DNA of 64,000 bases, taken from contig CABYLQ010000005.1 of NCBI GenBank assembly GCA_902519845.1, forward strand, positions 16,425 through 80,424, written 5' to 3'. Both the position numbers and the translations under genes were made by a program. The notes under the pieces were generated by a model. That model was not told the DNA's origin and did no database searches. It saw nothing but the letters and a program-made list of their open reading frames with translations. Origin of the DNA: an uncultured Candidatus Actinomarina sp. Lineage in GTDB: Bacteria > Actinomycetota > Acidimicrobiia > Actinomarinales > Actinomarinaceae. Of this stretch, positions 1 through 10,093 are shown piece by piece (the first letter of the stretch is position 1; every line of letters begins with the position of its first letter).

Positions 1-464
1 AAATAATAAGACCATTCAATGTGACTGGAAAATATCAACTACCTGATGGTGGTTTTGTGTTGCCAAGATTTGTAAATCAAGCCTTAAACGATGAGGACAT
101 TACTGTTTATTATGATGGATCTCAGTTAAGAGCATTTACTTGGGTTAAAGATATAGTGGAGGGAATCTATCTAACTACAAAAGCGAGTGAAGAATACTGG
201 AATGAAATTTGGAATATTGGTAATGAAAACAATGAAAAGAGTATTAAATATCTTGCAGAAAAAGTAATAGGCTATACAAAATCTAATTCCAAAATTGTTA
301 GTGTTGATCCAGTTGAAATTCATGGTGAACTTTTTGCAGAAGCCCCTGAGAAAATACCCGACAGCACAAAAATAAGAAGCTTTCTAAATTGGGAACCAAA
401 AAAATCTGCTGATGAAGTTGTGTTAGAAGTTGTAAATTATTTTGAGGGCATTACAAATAAATAA
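1..464 (+). CDS. NAD-dependent sugar-nucleotide epimerase/dehydratase, C-terminal part (UDP-glucuronate decarboxylase / NDP-hexose dehydratase-like); 5' end lies upstream of the window
   Basis: The frame is open from nt 3 with no stop before the listed GTG at 21. LPRFVNQALNDEDITVYYDGSQLRAFTWVKDIVEGI resembles the conserved C-terminal region of extended-SDR sugar dehydratases/decarboxylases. Confidence 0.6.
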   Translation, partial: IIRPFNVTGKYQLPDGGFVLPRFVNQALNDEDITVYYDGSQLRAFTWVKDIVEGIYLTTKASEEYWNEIWNIGNENNEKSIKYLAEKVIGYTKSNSKIVSVDPVEIHGELFAEAPEKIPDSTKIRSFLNWEPKKSADEVVLEVVNYFEGITNK

Positions 465-1254
465 TCTTATCTTTGTATCCAGATAAGTAATCAACCAAAC
501 CACTTTTAGTCTTATTTTTTATTCCAAAACCATCATAACCAAACTGACTGTCCACTAGATTAAGAAGTTTATTTATTATGAATTTAGGATGATCATCCAG
601 TTCAAGTTTGTGAATATGTTTTTTATACCTCTTTTTAATCATTTCATACCATGCAATATAAGCCTCTTCTGGTGTTTCACCTCCTCTATCTCCAACATCA
701 CCAAACTCTCTTTTCCATGCTCTTGCATATCTTGCTCTATCATGGCCAATCAATTTTTTTGTTCTAAATACGGTATCATAGTTCCAAATTGGAACTTTAG
801 TCTTTGGCATATCACCAGGTTGTATTAGTCTTCCATTCATAGTTGGGAGACACAAGTCTCCACCTCCATTTAGTGTTATTTGCGGAAAGTCTTTCTTATT
901 AAATGCTCTACATATGATACTTTTTATTGCATATCTATCAGGAGTAAATATTTGCATCTTTGGAAATGCGATAGATGGAGCATCTTTATTTTGATATATT
1001 GAATTTCTCAATCTTTTGAAATCTTTTTCATGAAAAATATTATCAATATCCATCCAGATTACCCAGTCTCCAGTTGCTTTTTGAAGACCTTCTGTAAACA
1101 TTTTTCCAATATCGCTCCAAATAAATTCTTCCTTAAAATCATCTCCAACAATTACAACTTCATCTGCGAAACTTTCGTAGCATTTAATGGCTTCTTTCCA
1201 AGGATCCATTCTTTCTTCAGGATTAGTCATGGTTGTAAAAATTGAAATCTTCAT
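451..1254 (-). CDS. putative glycosyltransferase (GT-A-like, DxD)
   Basis: 267-aa ORF with the N-terminal pattern KISIFTTMTN...ADEVVIVGDD and WVIWMDIDNIF (DxD-like). Sits among glycan genes. Family assignment is by recollection only. Confidence 0.4.
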   Translation of the reverse strand: MKISIFTTMTNPEERMDPWKEAIKCYESFADEVVIVGDDFKEEFIWSDIGKMFTEGLQKATGDWVIWMDIDNIFHEKDFKRLRNSIYQNKDAPSIAFPKMQIFTPDRYAIKSIICRAFNKKDFPQITLNGGGDLCLPTMNGRLIQPGDMPKTKVPIWNYDTVFRTKKLIGHDRARYARAWKREFGDVGDRGGETPEEAYIAWYEMIKKRYKKHIHKLELDDHPKFIINKLLNLVDSQFGYDGFGIKNKTKSGLVDYLSGYKDKIIYL

Positions 1255-1259
1255 AATAG

Positions 1260-2258
1260 CTATTTCAAAATCTCTTCTAAATCATTCTCAAAAGATCTAG
1301 GGTCCAGATAAACACTTTCATTTTCTTTATTTAAAACTGTAGAATTTAGACAATAATAATCTAAATCTAAACCTGAAGCCATTGACATTAGGGCATTTCT
1401 AAAATCATCATTTTTTTCTCTAATATCTATAACTTTTGAATTCTTACTCATGAATAACATGTTTGCTAATCCTGATCCATGAGGTCCTGCTAAAACATTT
1501 GCATTGCAAACAATATTAATAACTTCATCTATTGAATAATTTTCAAATTGTAAAATCTCAAATTTATATTTTTTAAGAACTTTCAAAATTTCATCCCTAT
1601 TCGATATTCCTCTTCTGACATTTACCCTGTCAACCCAAATTCTAGAGGACATATTCTTGGTATGTTTAATATTTGCTCTTTCTAGGAAAAGATCTCTTAG
1701 CTCCAATAAAATATTGGTATTAAAATTTCCAGTTTGGGCAGAATAGCTTGGGATCAGAATTTTCTTTACTTTTATTCTTGTATTTTTATTTAGTACTTTA
1801 TATTTAATATTCAAAAAATTTAATTGATCAATGATCCACTTATTTTCATAGTTCTTTGGAATCAATATTGGAAAATTTTTATATTTATTAGGAATTAAAA
1901 TATATCTCTGTAAAGAATCTAAAAGCCAATGATAATAATTTGAAGCTTTATCATCAAGAATCCATATACCTTTTTGAATAGTTTCTTTTTTCTTTATAGA
2001 AATTAGAAAGTTTTTTAATGCTAATTTAAAAATGTCAATTTTTTTGATATTTGGGAAATGGGTATACTTTGTAAACAATCTAAGTTTCCGGAATGAAATT
2101 AAAGTTTCATTAATAAGTGTTACTTTTTTTTCAATTAAATAATATGAAGACGAGATTTCCTTTTTTAATTCATGAGCAAAAAATTTAAAGTTTTTTTCTG
2201 TAGCATTTAATGGGGGCTTTCTTATGCTAATGTGCTTATCATAAACTTTAATTTTCAT
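1260..2258 (-). CDS. GT61/DUF563-family glycosyltransferase
   Basis: NYYHWLLDSLQRY and GPHGSGLANMLFM match the two signature motifs of the DUF563/GT61 family. Confidence 0.65.
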   Translation of the reverse strand: MKIKVYDKHISIRKPPLNATEKNFKFFAHELKKEISSSYYLIEKKVTLINETLISFRKLRLFTKYTHFPNIKKIDIFKLALKNFLISIKKKETIQKGIWILDDKASNYYHWLLDSLQRYILIPNKYKNFPILIPKNYENKWIIDQLNFLNIKYKVLNKNTRIKVKKILIPSYSAQTGNFNTNILLELRDLFLERANIKHTKNMSSRIWVDRVNVRRGISNRDEILKVLKKYKFEILQFENYSIDEVINIVCNANVLAGPHGSGLANMLFMSKNSKVIDIREKNDDFRNALMSMASGLDLDYYCLNSTVLNKENESVYLDPRSFENDLEEILK

Positions 2259-2316
2259 AATTTAATTTAAGAATATACATTATGAATGTAGTGTAATAAA
2301 CCTAATATATTTTGTT

Positions 2317-3096
2317 ATGCTTGTTTACATGGAAAATGAAATTTTAGATATTTTTAATAATGGTACTTGGTATCATTCTGTAAATTTTAAAAATGTAAAA
2401 TCTAAAGGAACATTTGACTATACAGATCTTGTTTACAATTTAAATTTTCCAACCATGAAAGATCTGAGTGTTTTAGACGTTGGATGTTCAGATGGTTTTT
2501 TTTCTAAATTCTTTTTAGAAGAATTAAATGCAAAAAAAGTTACTGGGGTTGATTTTAATTTATATGATGGTTCCGTAGCTTTTGAGGTACTAAATAGCAA
2601 TGAAGAAGAGTACGTAGAGAAATATAACAGTCAAAATGATTATGAAAATTTAAAATTTTCTTATGAAACTTTAGGTCTTATGACCTCAAATAAATTTGAG
2701 CTACTTAAAAAGGTATTTAATCTTAATATGGATTACCAAAATGGATCGATTTATGATCTTACAGAATTTAAAAAACACGATGTAACTTTTTGTGGATCAT
2801 TACTTGAACATTTAAGAGACCCTATTACAGCAATAGAACAACTCTATTTCTCAACAGAAAAATTCTCAATAATTGATATTTCAAATTCTTTAAATGGTAT
2901 TTACAACATTTTTAATAGACCACTTAGTAAATATACGGGCGCAGGCGGAAATTTTTATCATCATTCAGAAAAAGCTATTTCTTTAATGATGGAGGCAGTT
3001 GGTTTTAAAAATGTGAAACTTTTAAAAAGATATAAAATCAAAATTGAGAAGTATGGGTACAAAATACCTCATGCTGTAATAATTGGTTTTAAATAA
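2317..3096 (+). CDS. class I SAM-dependent methyltransferase
   Basis: Motif I VLDVGCSDGFFSKFF, a later acidic loop, and CGSLLEHLRDP typical of Methyltransf_11/23-type enzymes. Confidence 0.7.
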   Translation: MLVYMENEILDIFNNGTWYHSVNFKNVKSKGTFDYTDLVYNLNFPTMKDLSVLDVGCSDGFFSKFFLEELNAKKVTGVDFNLYDGSVAFEVLNSNEEEYVEKYNSQNDYENLKFSYETLGLMTSNKFELLKKVFNLNMDYQNGSIYDLTEFKKHDVTFCGSLLEHLRDPITAIEQLYFSTEKFSIIDISNSLNGIYNIFNRPLSKYTGAGGNFYHHSEKAISLMMEAVGFKNVKLLKRYKIKIEKYGYKIPHAVIIGFK

Positions 3097-4797
3097 CTAG
3101 TTTCTAATTTTAGAAATAGATAAATAAATAATTATAAATAAAGCAATTATGATATATCCAATATTGATTATAGGAAAATTACTAATTTTAAAATTTTTTT
3201 TAATTGGATTAAAACCATTCTCAATATAATTTATACATTCTTCTTTATCATTCACTTGAATAATTAAATTATTTTTTTGAAGTGTCTTTTCACTTTTTAA
3301 ATCATTAGTTGTCAATTTTGTATTCTTATCCTTTATAGATTGTGAATAGTTTTCATTTCTTATACGCTCAATTTTGTAATCGTCTATATCAAAATTACAA
3401 ATATTTAATTCATAGTTTTTACAATCAGTAGTTCTATCTGGAACAAAAATCTGATTTATATTACAAATGAATGGAGCTACATTATTTGCCTCAAGATATC
3501 TAAAGTATTCAGGATTTGATTCTTTAGGAAAGCCAAAAATGAATAAATTCAAAAATATAAATAAAAATGAAATGAATAATTTATTTTCTTTATTTAATTT
3601 ATTTATTGCTTTCAAAATTAAAAAACAAAAAGTTATTGCTAAAAAAAATGAATAATAGGTTGTCTTTATTACATCGCCCGTTGTTTTTTGAAAATTACCA
3701 GTGTAAGCGACAATTAGAAGAGTGATTATTCCGTAAAAAGGTAAAAAATAAAAATCTTTAAACTGTTTACTTTTAATTAAATTCAAAACTGTAAAACAAT
3801 AGAAAATTAGTGTGAGTGTAATTCCAATATATTTTCTAAGATAACTGTTAACAAAAAAATTATCACCCAAATTAACTTTATTAAATTTAAATAAACTTCT
3901 ATCGTTTTCCCATAAAACCTCAAAATAATCACCGAAAGTATCTAGTAAAATAATTCCTGGCAAAGAGTCAGCATGGTAGTTTTTAAGGGGTTTTTCTTTG
4001 ATGTTAACAATATCTATATTATAGAGAAAAGTAACATCAGGTCTGTCAATATATTCATCATTTGTCTCATGAAAAAAGTAAAAAATACCATTTGCATCAA
4101 AATCTTCGATTAACAAGGGTGTAAAAATAATCATTAAAGAGACTAATAATATTAAAATCTGTTTGATTCCATATTTTAAAAAAATATCTCTGTATCTAAT
4201 TAGCAAGAATAATCCGCACATAGCTGTTGAAGTTGGCTTAATTGTGAATAAGTAAATCGATAAAAAATAAGAAATATATAGATACTTTTCATTTTTTGTG
4301 TCTATAAATAATTCAATACTATAAATTAACCAAGGAATTAATGCAAAAACAAATATTTCTGGTTTAAAAATCATTCTCATTCCTAAAACTGGAGGAAAAA
4401 AATTTAAAAGAGTTAAAGAAATTAAAATATCATTTTTTTTAAAGTTAAAATTTAGAAGCACTTTGTAAATTCCAATTAATCCGATTATGTATAAAAAATT
4501 ATTTGTCATAAAAATACTTGAATCAAGTAAAGCATTGAAATTGTAATCAAAAAGTTTTTCATTTTGCAAACTAAAAATAAATGACTGAATAAAGAAATAA
4601 GAAAGATTTTGTTCAAGATAAGTCTTTTCTATATTGCCTTGAAAGTAATCCATATAAATTTTATATTTAGAAAAATCAGGAGAATAAATTGAGTCGTAAA
4701 AAAATTCCCCAATTAAAAATGAAAAATAAATTGAAATTAAAAGATAGATAAACCAATAATTTATGATTTCAATTTTTTTAAATATTTTTTTTATCAT
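3097..4797 (-). CDS. large polytopic membrane protein, possible GT-C-fold glycosyltransferase, with a Cys-rich C-terminal extracytoplasmic segment
   Basis: 566 aa with more than 10 hydrophobic segments. Divergently paired with a polyprenol-phosphate GT2. The C-terminal stretch CNINQIFVPDRTTDCKNYELNICNFDIDDYK...ECINY precedes a last TM segment. Confidence 0.35.
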   Translation of the reverse strand: MIKKIFKKIEIINYWFIYLLISIYFSFLIGEFFYDSIYSPDFSKYKIYMDYFQGNIEKTYLEQNLSYFFIQSFIFSLQNEKLFDYNFNALLDSSIFMTNNFLYIIGLIGIYKVLLNFNFKKNDILISLTLLNFFPPVLGMRMIFKPEIFVFALIPWLIYSIELFIDTKNEKYLYISYFLSIYLFTIKPTSTAMCGLFLLIRYRDIFLKYGIKQILILLVSLMIIFTPLLIEDFDANGIFYFFHETNDEYIDRPDVTFLYNIDIVNIKEKPLKNYHADSLPGIILLDTFGDYFEVLWENDRSLFKFNKVNLGDNFFVNSYLRKYIGITLTLIFYCFTVLNLIKSKQFKDFYFLPFYGIITLLIVAYTGNFQKTTGDVIKTTYYSFFLAITFCFLILKAINKLNKENKLFISFLFIFLNLFIFGFPKESNPEYFRYLEANNVAPFICNINQIFVPDRTTDCKNYELNICNFDIDDYKIERIRNENYSQSIKDKNTKLTTNDLKSEKTLQKNNLIIQVNDKEECINYIENGFNPIKKNFKISNFPIINIGYIIIALFIIIYLSISKIRN

Positions 4798-4859
4798 TGC
4801 ACAGATGATTTTACATTAATGTACGAAAATACTTTCCTTTATTGTTAAAGTTGTTTTGA

Positions 4860-5534
4860 ATGATAAATTTACATGATGTATCTCTAGTTATTGCTACTTA
4901 CAATGAAGAAGAATCAATTGAATTTGTTCTAAATGAGCTCAGCTCATATAAATTTTTTGAAATTTTAATTGTTGATAACAATTCAGAGGATAAAACGTTA
5001 GACATTGCTAATAAATTTGATACGAAAATACTTCAACAAAAAGGTAGTGGATGGGGCAACGCTGTGTTGGAAGGTCTAAATGCTGCTTCTGGTGAATATA
5101 TTACATATATGGATGCGGATGGATCATATAATCCAAAAACAATATTCGAGATGTATCAGTTACTTGATGATTATGATTTTATATGTGGGTCAAGATATAA
5201 ACATGGAAACAAAAGTGATGATGATACTTTTGTTAGAGCTATAGGAAACAAAATATTTACCTGTATCACAAACCATTTTTTAAATCTAAGAATTAGTGAC
5301 TCTCTTTTCTTTTATCCATTATTCAAAAAGTCAGATTATGAAAATATTAATCCTAAATCTAGAAATTTTGGTCTTTGTATAGAAGTTCCTTATTTATTGT
5401 CAAAAAATAATTTACGTTACATTGATATTCTCAGTCTTGAAAGAAAAAGATATGCTGGTAAATCAAAGGTAAATGCAGTTAAGGATGGGATTACAATTTT
5501 TGTAGAAATACTTAGAATGAAATTACTAAATTAA
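4860..5534 (+). CDS. GT2 polyprenol-phosphate glycosyltransferase (DPM1/ArnC-like)
   Basis: VSLVIATYNEEESI, ILIVDNNSEDKT and YITYMDADGSYNP are classic GT2 DPM1-like motifs. Confidence 0.75.
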   Translation: MINLHDVSLVIATYNEEESIEFVLNELSSYKFFEILIVDNNSEDKTLDIANKFDTKILQQKGSGWGNAVLEGLNAASGEYITYMDADGSYNPKTIFEMYQLLDDYDFICGSRYKHGNKSDDDTFVRAIGNKIFTCITNHFLNLRISDSLFFYPLFKKSDYENINPKSRNFGLCIEVPYLLSKNNLRYIDILSLERKRYAGKSKVNAVKDGITIFVEILRMKLLN

Positions 5535-6346
5535 ATCTGGATATATTTGTTTTTATAATATTCGTAAGCTTTGCCAGTTCCTTCTCCTTCAGTAACAGAC
5601 ACGCTATCATCCCTCTTTCTATGAAAGTGATAGAAGTCTTTTAATAGATTTATTTTTCCTCCACTTAATAACCAAATATAACTTATTGTTAAAGCGTCTG
5701 CTGAAAGAGGGTGCTCATCAGTATCAATATGAGTTGACATCGTCCGTATGTAAGTATCACGAAAAGTAAAAAAGTTTCCTAGATTTAATATCCATTCAGC
5801 ATGTTTATCAATAGTTATGTTTATATTTTTTTTGTAATAATTAACAGCATCGACAATATCAAATAAATAATCATCATTAAAAAATCTAACTCTATACTTT
5901 TTAGAAAATAAACTCATTGATTTTGCAATTTTATAATTATTTCGAAACTGATAAATTCTTGATGGGAAATATAAATTATTTTTATTATTTACATCATTTA
6001 TTTTTTTTATAATTAAGTCCAAATTTTTCTGAGGAACATTGTCTGAATCAATTTGATAGACTAGATTATTTGAACATCTTTCTATGTTCAGATACTTATT
6101 TTTAAATGCTCCAAAATTGTTTTCATTTCTAAATAATTTTATTTTAATTTTTGAATTGTTTTTAAATTTTAGTATTTCATTTTCTAATATTTTAAATTCT
6201 TCTATTCTTGAACAATCATCATTTATAACAATTTCATTAACCAGTTTCAGCTTTTTTAATCTTGATATACAATCTTTCACATATTTTGATGAGTTGTATG
6301 TAGGTATTGCAATACTTGCATAATTAATTTTATTTATATTATTCAT
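5531..6346 (-). CDS. GT2-family glycosyltransferase
   Basis: ASIAIPTYNSSKYVKDCI...EIVINDDCS and QIDSDN (DxD). Confidence 0.6.
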   Translation of the reverse strand: MNNINKINYASIAIPTYNSSKYVKDCISRLKKLKLVNEIVINDDCSRIEEFKILENEILKFKNNSKIKIKLFRNENNFGAFKNKYLNIERCSNNLVYQIDSDNVPQKNLDLIIKKINDVNNKNNLYFPSRIYQFRNNYKIAKSMSLFSKKYRVRFFNDDYLFDIVDAVNYYKKNINITIDKHAEWILNLGNFFTFRDTYIRTMSTHIDTDEHPLSADALTISYIWLLSGGKINLLKDFYHFHRKRDDSVSVTEGEGTGKAYEYYKNKYIQI

Positions 6347-7215
6347 TAAAAATTTTGATTCTTATATAAACCAGACATTCTAGTTTGAGAATACTTGATA
6401 AGATTAAAGTTGTTTGCGATCAGTATATTATTTACTTCGATGAAGGTATGGTCTTTATTTACTCCTCTTTCATTTCCAAAATCAATACTGATATATTGAA
6501 TATTTTTTAATGTTTTTAAGGATCCTTGTAGTACCTCGGGTTCATGGCCCTCAGCATCCATTTTCAAAAGTTTTATATTTTTAAATTCATAAAAATCTAG
6601 CTTCTCACAATCAACTTCAATTGACTTCTGTTCTCCAAAATATTCAATTGAAGAATTTGCTCCTATAGAATCTATATAAAAATTTTCTTTTCTATTTTTG
6701 TTTGATAAAGCTAGATTAAAAAGCTTTCTCTTGTTTTTAAAAGAATTTAATTCTAGACATTTATACGCATTTGGATCAGGTTCAAAGGCGATATAATTAA
6801 TATGAGGATTTTTTGATCTTATTGCGAGATCTAATTCACCAATGTTTGCCCCACAATCAACTATCGTATCCTTATCAGAAAAATTAATATCATCTAAACA
6901 GTAGCTTTTAAGAAAACTCGTATGATAATCATCAAAATTATGTAAATAAACTAATGCCCTAAATGTATTTGGAAAAAAATATTTAATATCATTTTGATTA
7001 ACAACAATTAAATTATTTTCACAATCCAATGAATTGTTAAATTTAAAAAAAGTATTAATCATTTTGCAAAAATTTTTATCGGAAAATTTTGAATAAATAA
7101 ATGAAATTAATTTTCCTTTTATAATCAATTTAATTTTTTCATATGCGCTTAATTCATCAAGCTTCGTATTTAGATACAAAAAATAGGGGAGGTGAATTAA
7201 CCTGTTATCAATCAT
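6346..7215 (-). CDS. FkbM-family methyltransferase
   Basis: VDCGANIGE (motif I) and LLKMDAEGHEPEVLQGS are typical of FkbM methyltransferases. Overlaps the downstream GT2 by 1 nt. Confidence 0.7.
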   Translation of the reverse strand: MIDNRLIHLPYFLYLNTKLDELSAYEKIKLIIKGKLISFIYSKFSDKNFCKMINTFFKFNNSLDCENNLIVVNQNDIKYFFPNTFRALVYLHNFDDYHTSFLKSYCLDDINFSDKDTIVDCGANIGELDLAIRSKNPHINYIAFEPDPNAYKCLELNSFKNKRKLFNLALSNKNRKENFYIDSIGANSSIEYFGEQKSIEVDCEKLDFYEFKNIKLLKMDAEGHEPEVLQGSLKTLKNIQYISIDFGNERGVNKDHTFIEVNNILIANNFNLIKYSQTRMSGLYKNQNF

Positions 7216-7249
7216 ATTAAAAGATTATCAATAAAATTTTTTTATTTTA

Positions 7250-8125
7250 TTAATTATTTCTATCTTCGTAAAAAGAAAAAAACATGCCTACAACACCATA
7301 AAAAATATCTGTTAAAAAATAAATTGCTCTTAAAGCAATAAGAATTAAAAAGATAGATTCATTGTTTGCTAGATTGTTTGTTAATTGTAAAAGTATAATT
7401 TCTCGTACACCAATACCAGCTGGAGAACCAATAATCAGTAGGGCTATCGAAGATGAAAGAGTATAGTAGATAGTCATTATTTCTGGATCATTTATTCCCA
7501 GTTGAAGACAGACTATGTATATAGATAATAACTGAAAAATGAAACCAAGAATTAACTCTATTCGAGAATGCATATAACTTTTATTTCCTGAAAATAAATT
7601 AAATTTTTTATACATAAAACCAAAAAAGAAAACAAATAATAAAAGAAATACTCCAAAATAAAAAATTAGGTTGTTGATGAGATTAAGATTTAATATCAAG
7701 ATTGACGTTGGTATTAATATCAAAATTGGTGTAATTTGTTCTTCAATAATTCCAAAAAATAAATCTTTACTTTTAATTTTATTGTCTTGTGAGATTCTTA
7801 ATAAAGGAATTCCTACAAATCCTGGTACATATTTTCCTAAATTTGAATAACTCCAGTAAAAAAAAGAATTTTTTGTTACAAGACCCAAATTTTTTTTTAA
7901 AAATTTTGACCAAGCGAGTCCAAAACAAATATAAGACGTTGACATTAATAACAGAGAGGAAAAAATAGAAGAAAGCTTCACATCATCAAAATTAATTTTA
8001 TTTTTGTTAAACTCATTTATGATAAATATTATAGAAATTAAAGACAAAATCCATCCTATGCTTCTCAAAACTTTCATATTTTTTTTAGAGTCTAAAAATT
8101 TAAATATTTTATCTAAAAACTTCAT
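7250..8125 (-). CDS. flippase-like membrane protein (UPF0104 / lysyl-PG-synthase TM-region-like)
   Basis: 291 aa with about 8 TM segments. PAGIGVREIILL resembles the conserved GxGxRE motif of the LPG_synthase_TM family. Shares a 4-nt overlap with the upstream amidotransferase. Confidence 0.4.
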   Translation of the reverse strand: MKFLDKIFKFLDSKKNMKVLRSIGWILSLISIIFIINEFNKNKINFDDVKLSSIFSSLLLMSTSYICFGLAWSKFLKKNLGLVTKNSFFYWSYSNLGKYVPGFVGIPLLRISQDNKIKSKDLFFGIIEEQITPILILIPTSILILNLNLINNLIFYFGVFLLLFVFFFGFMYKKFNLFSGNKSYMHSRIELILGFIFQLLSIYIVCLQLGINDPEIMTIYYTLSSSIALLIIGSPAGIGVREIILLQLTNNLANNESIFLILIALRAIYFLTDIFYGVVGMFFSFYEDRNN

Positions 8126-10029
8126 ATTAAATTTTTATCACTGTACTCATTAAATGTTTCAGAAACCCATTTATTCACCATAGAATTTTTATTTATGCTT
8201 TTATTTATTTTTTGCATTACATAATCGTAATCTGCATCTATGTAATTAAGATATTCACGAATTCTTTTTTCTTTTACTTGGTTTTCATGAAGTATTTTTT
8301 TTAATCCTTCAATTCTTTTTAATTTACCTTCTCTAATCTGGTTACTTCTAAAGAAATCATTTTCAGTAAACCCACAAAACTTCCAATATACTAAATTATA
8401 AAAGGGTGCAGTTCCATCACCTATTCTCCAACTTGATGGGTTTAAATCATCAAACTCCCACTGAAATTCTTTGGAAAGAAGGTTATCTATCAAGTCTTCA
8501 TCAAAATCAAAGTATTCAAAGGGGTAAACTAATTTTGATTTATTAAAACTAAATGAAATGTATCCAATTAGTGAATCCCAAAGAGAGGAATTCCAATATT
8601 TAACGTTTTTTAGTATTCCTAAAACGTAATAAAAAAAGAGCTTTATTTTTACATACATACCTGTATTTAAAAATTTATCATCTGATAATTTAAAAATAGG
8701 TTTTACTTTTGCAAAACCATATTTGAACTGTGTAACTTCGTACGGACTTTGAAATTGAAGTATGATGTCGGAAGAATTTTTTTTTGCAAAATCATGTAAG
8801 ACACTCTGCCATACTTTGTCTCCCGACATTAAAATTGGAATCATACCTAAATCAGGTTTTTCAAGCCAAGCATATAAATTTTTTTTGATATTTTTTCTTT
8901 TTTTTTGAATATCAGCAGAAGCCCATACATGTTCGACACCAAGCTTTCCGGAGACTCTTGCCTGATTCCTCCTAGCAAGTTCAGTAATCATTCCCCAATC
9001 ATAAGATACACAAATAAGGTTTCCTTTATATATTTCTTTTGTAAGGTAAAGTCCATATGAACTATCTCTTCCTCCCGAAAAACCAAGAATAATTGTTTTT
9101 TCATTTGTTATTAGTTTCTTAAAATCGGTTATGTTTTTTTTAGGAATAACTTGATAATTTAGACAATAATTACATATACCTTTTTCGTTAAAATATATAA
9201 AAGGAACTGTTTCTGGCAACACACATTTTTTACATCTATTAATAATAGGAATTTCAATCTCTTTATTATATAATTGAGATTTAATTTCATTTAAGTCTGT
9301 ATATTCATTTTCTATTCCAATAGGTACTGCTTCAAACTTTTTTTTAATTTCTCCATTTTGACTAATTAAAACACCATTGAAAGAAGTTAGTTGAACAATA
9401 GAATAATCAGAATTACTATATTCTTCCAATATCCACTTTTCAGATGCAAAATATTTTATTTCATTCATTTTGTTTATCAACAAATAAATTGAGCCAGTGT
9501 TTGTGTATAAAATAAACGATCGTTCTTTTTTTGAAAATAAGCAAATTGTTATTTCTCCTTTTAATTCATCTAGACAAGATATGAATTTATCAAGAAAATT
9601 GTTTTCTTTACTATTTGTTTCTAAAGCGTTTAAAATTGCGTAAGAGTCTAATTCATAATCTGATAATTTATTTTTCTTTTTTATCTCAATATGATTAGTG
9701 ACTATTCCATTATGAACAAGGATATACTCATTCAATTCACAGGGTTGGTTATTGTCAGGATTTGATTCATCTCCTTCTGTCTTCAATCTTGTATGACCAA
9801 TAAAAAAATTGGAATTCTTATTCGTGCTAATTGATATATTAAGATTTTTTAAATTTTTCTTATCTGAAAATTTTATAGGTGATTTGTGTATTTCAACTTT
9901 ATTTAAATTATCAAAAAGGTATCCAGATGCCTCTTTGCCTCTTGATTCTGATTTAATACCAATATCAATAAACTCTTTAGCAAAGTTGTAGGAATTTTCA
10001 TTATTGAAACTTCCAAAAATACCACACAT
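8122..10029 (-). CDS. fusion protein: N-terminal class-II (Ntn) glutamine amidotransferase plus WbpG-like N-acetyl-sugar amidotransferase (PP-loop ATPase)
   Basis: MCGIFG start (Cys2 nucleophile), HTRLKTEG, NNQP and HNGIVTN mark GATase_2. CKKCVLPETVPFIYFNEKGICNYC (Cys cluster) followed by the PP-loop ILGFSGGRDSSY marks a WbpG/WbuX-type amidotransferase. Confidence 0.65.
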   Translation of the reverse strand: MCGIFGSFNNENSYNFAKEFIDIGIKSESRGKEASGYLFDNLNKVEIHKSPIKFSDKKNLKNLNISISTNKNSNFFIGHTRLKTEGDESNPDNNQPCELNEYILVHNGIVTNHIEIKKKNKLSDYELDSYAILNALETNSKENNFLDKFISCLDELKGEITICLFSKKERSFILYTNTGSIYLLINKMNEIKYFASEKWILEEYSNSDYSIVQLTSFNGVLISQNGEIKKKFEAVPIGIENEYTDLNEIKSQLYNKEIEIPIINRCKKCVLPETVPFIYFNEKGICNYCLNYQVIPKKNITDFKKLITNEKTIILGFSGGRDSSYGLYLTKEIYKGNLICVSYDWGMITELARRNQARVSGKLGVEHVWASADIQKKRKNIKKNLYAWLEKPDLGMIPILMSGDKVWQSVLHDFAKKNSSDIILQFQSPYEVTQFKYGFAKVKPIFKLSDDKFLNTGMYVKIKLFFYYVLGILKNVKYWNSSLWDSLIGYISFSFNKSKLVYPFEYFDFDEDLIDNLLSKEFQWEFDDLNPSSWRIGDGTAPFYNLVYWKFCGFTENDFFRSNQIREGKLKRIEGLKKILHENQVKEKRIREYLNYIDADYDYVMQKINKSINKNSMVNKWVSETFNEYSDKNLI

Positions 10030-10093
10030 AATAAATAATTATATACTTCCATTTTATAAACTAAATTGCTTATTGATTTGATACAATCAGTTT

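Noticed and set aside
2276-4823. TACATT-ATG-AATGTA (2276-2290) and TACATTAATGTA (4812-4823) palindromes in two divergent promoter regions
   Set aside because: They are tempting as a shared operator. However, 6-bp arms in DNA this AT-rich are expected dozens of times by chance in 64 kb, and I found no further copies in the other divergent promoters of the island.
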